A stretch of DNA of 64,000 nucleotides from Nitrosopumilus sp. (GTDB lineage Archaea; Thermoproteota; Nitrososphaeria; Nitrososphaerales; Nitrosopumilaceae). The number at the start of each line of letters is the position of its first letter. Position 1 is the stretch's first letter. The stretch lies in the NCBI GenBank assembly GCA_965224195.1, contig OZ245040.1, forward strand, positions 128,001-192,000. Direction: 5' to 3'. A program made the position numbers and the translations under genes. Positions 63,097 through 64,000 of this stretch are shown here, piece by piece. The notes under the pieces are model-generated. The model was not told the DNA's origin. It made no database searches and was given only the letters and a program-made list of their open reading frames with translations.

Positions 63097-63989
63097 TTAC
63101 CTAAATTTTGACCTGTGCCTAAAATCAAATTATCTGAGCTTGGAAATACATAGACTACAATTTTCATCCATGGATAATCTGGATCATATAATCTGTAAAA
63201 TCCTGTATCATCAAATGTAATAGTGACAGATTCATTTGGAGTAATTATGCCAGTGGAAATTCTTCCATCTGGTATGAATGTAACATAACGATCACTATTT
63301 TCTTTACCACTAATAATATTATGTGAGACTAGATCATCATTTACTATTGTAATGGTAGCACCAGGTTCAACTGAAATTCTATCATGTGAGAAAAATCCTA
63401 ATCCTATGGAACTATTTTGCTGTCCAGGAGCTGTGTTAACAGGAATCCCTTGAGTTGAGGAATATTTGAGAATGTGAATTACAGTTTCATCAGATGTTAT
63501 AGATTCTGAAGAAATAGAATCAATTTTAATTAAACTAGATAATTTTATAGTGTAAATTATTTTGTAAGCATCATCAGACGTTGTAATTCTACCAGTAAAT
63601 CCATAAACTGATGCATCTTTACTTTCACTAACTAGTCTTCCAAAAAAGCTAATTGATGTATCAAATCCACTTGAACTTTCACTTTCTCCACTAATTCGAA
63701 TGTATTTTCCTTCACGCAAAAATTTGCCTTCCAAATTAGAAACTATAAATTCTTCATCATCTAAGGTGATAAAACCATCTTCTGTTAGAAAGTTAATTGT
63801 GCTTCCACGTTGATCCTATGAAGGCAAACCTAGATCAATTTCAGATATTCGTATAATTTCCTCAGTTACTGTAAAACCTGAACCCTCTAAAAGAAATGCC
63901 TGATTCTCAGAAATTTCAGCAAATGATTCATTTACAAAATAACCTGATGAAACCACAAGTAAAGCTAGTAATGTAATGACTGCCCTCAT
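63093..63989 (-). pseudogene. Secreted protein with C-terminal cupredoxin-like domain, TAG at 63816-63818
   Basis: ATG 63989 with signal peptide is in frame with ORF 63093-63734; one amber stop; NDDLVSHNI..G.Y..YDPDYPWM. Confidence 0.75.
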
Positions 63990-64000
63990 GATCAATTTTA

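Noticed and set aside
63816-63818. Pyrrolysine or recoded TAG
   Set aside because: No pyl genes seen; other genes end normally in TAG; TAA lesions also occur

Overview
AT-rich archaeal chromosome segment. Gene content (CdvB/ESCRT-III paralogues, TFE, aTrm56, GTP cyclohydrolase III, CFI-box-CTERM cyclophilin, cobalamin genes) points to a Nitrosopumilus-like ammonia-oxidising thaumarchaeote. The core backbone encodes sulfate activation, archaeal mevalonate AcnX, cobalamin, riboflavin, NAC/HflX/TFE and Hsp20-Cdc48 functions. It is interrupted by decaying accessory patches at about 16.6-27.8 kb, 40.0-42.6 kb and 51.9-55.1 kb, with IS5-family elements, a broken restriction-modification pair, a frameshifted tyrosine recombinase and damaged surface proteins. 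Many single-lesion pseudogenes suggest a host-associated lineage in early erosion, although some may be sequencing errors. The most striking signal is two independent, unrelated 36-37 bp foreign inserts, each flanked by an exact 36 bp duplication of the host target (18508-18615 and 45581-45689). This repeat-spacer-repeat geometry matches off-target Cas1-Cas2 spacer integration ('neo-CRISPR' scars) inside ordinary genes. Also notable: a candidate stand-alone structured ncRNA (44810-44902), a G13 tract switching off a fibronectin-III surface protein, a 24 x 15 bp two-state minisatellite, and a MurI homologue with both catalytic Cys replaced by Ser. No rRNA, tRNA, cas gene or canonical CRISPR array was seen.
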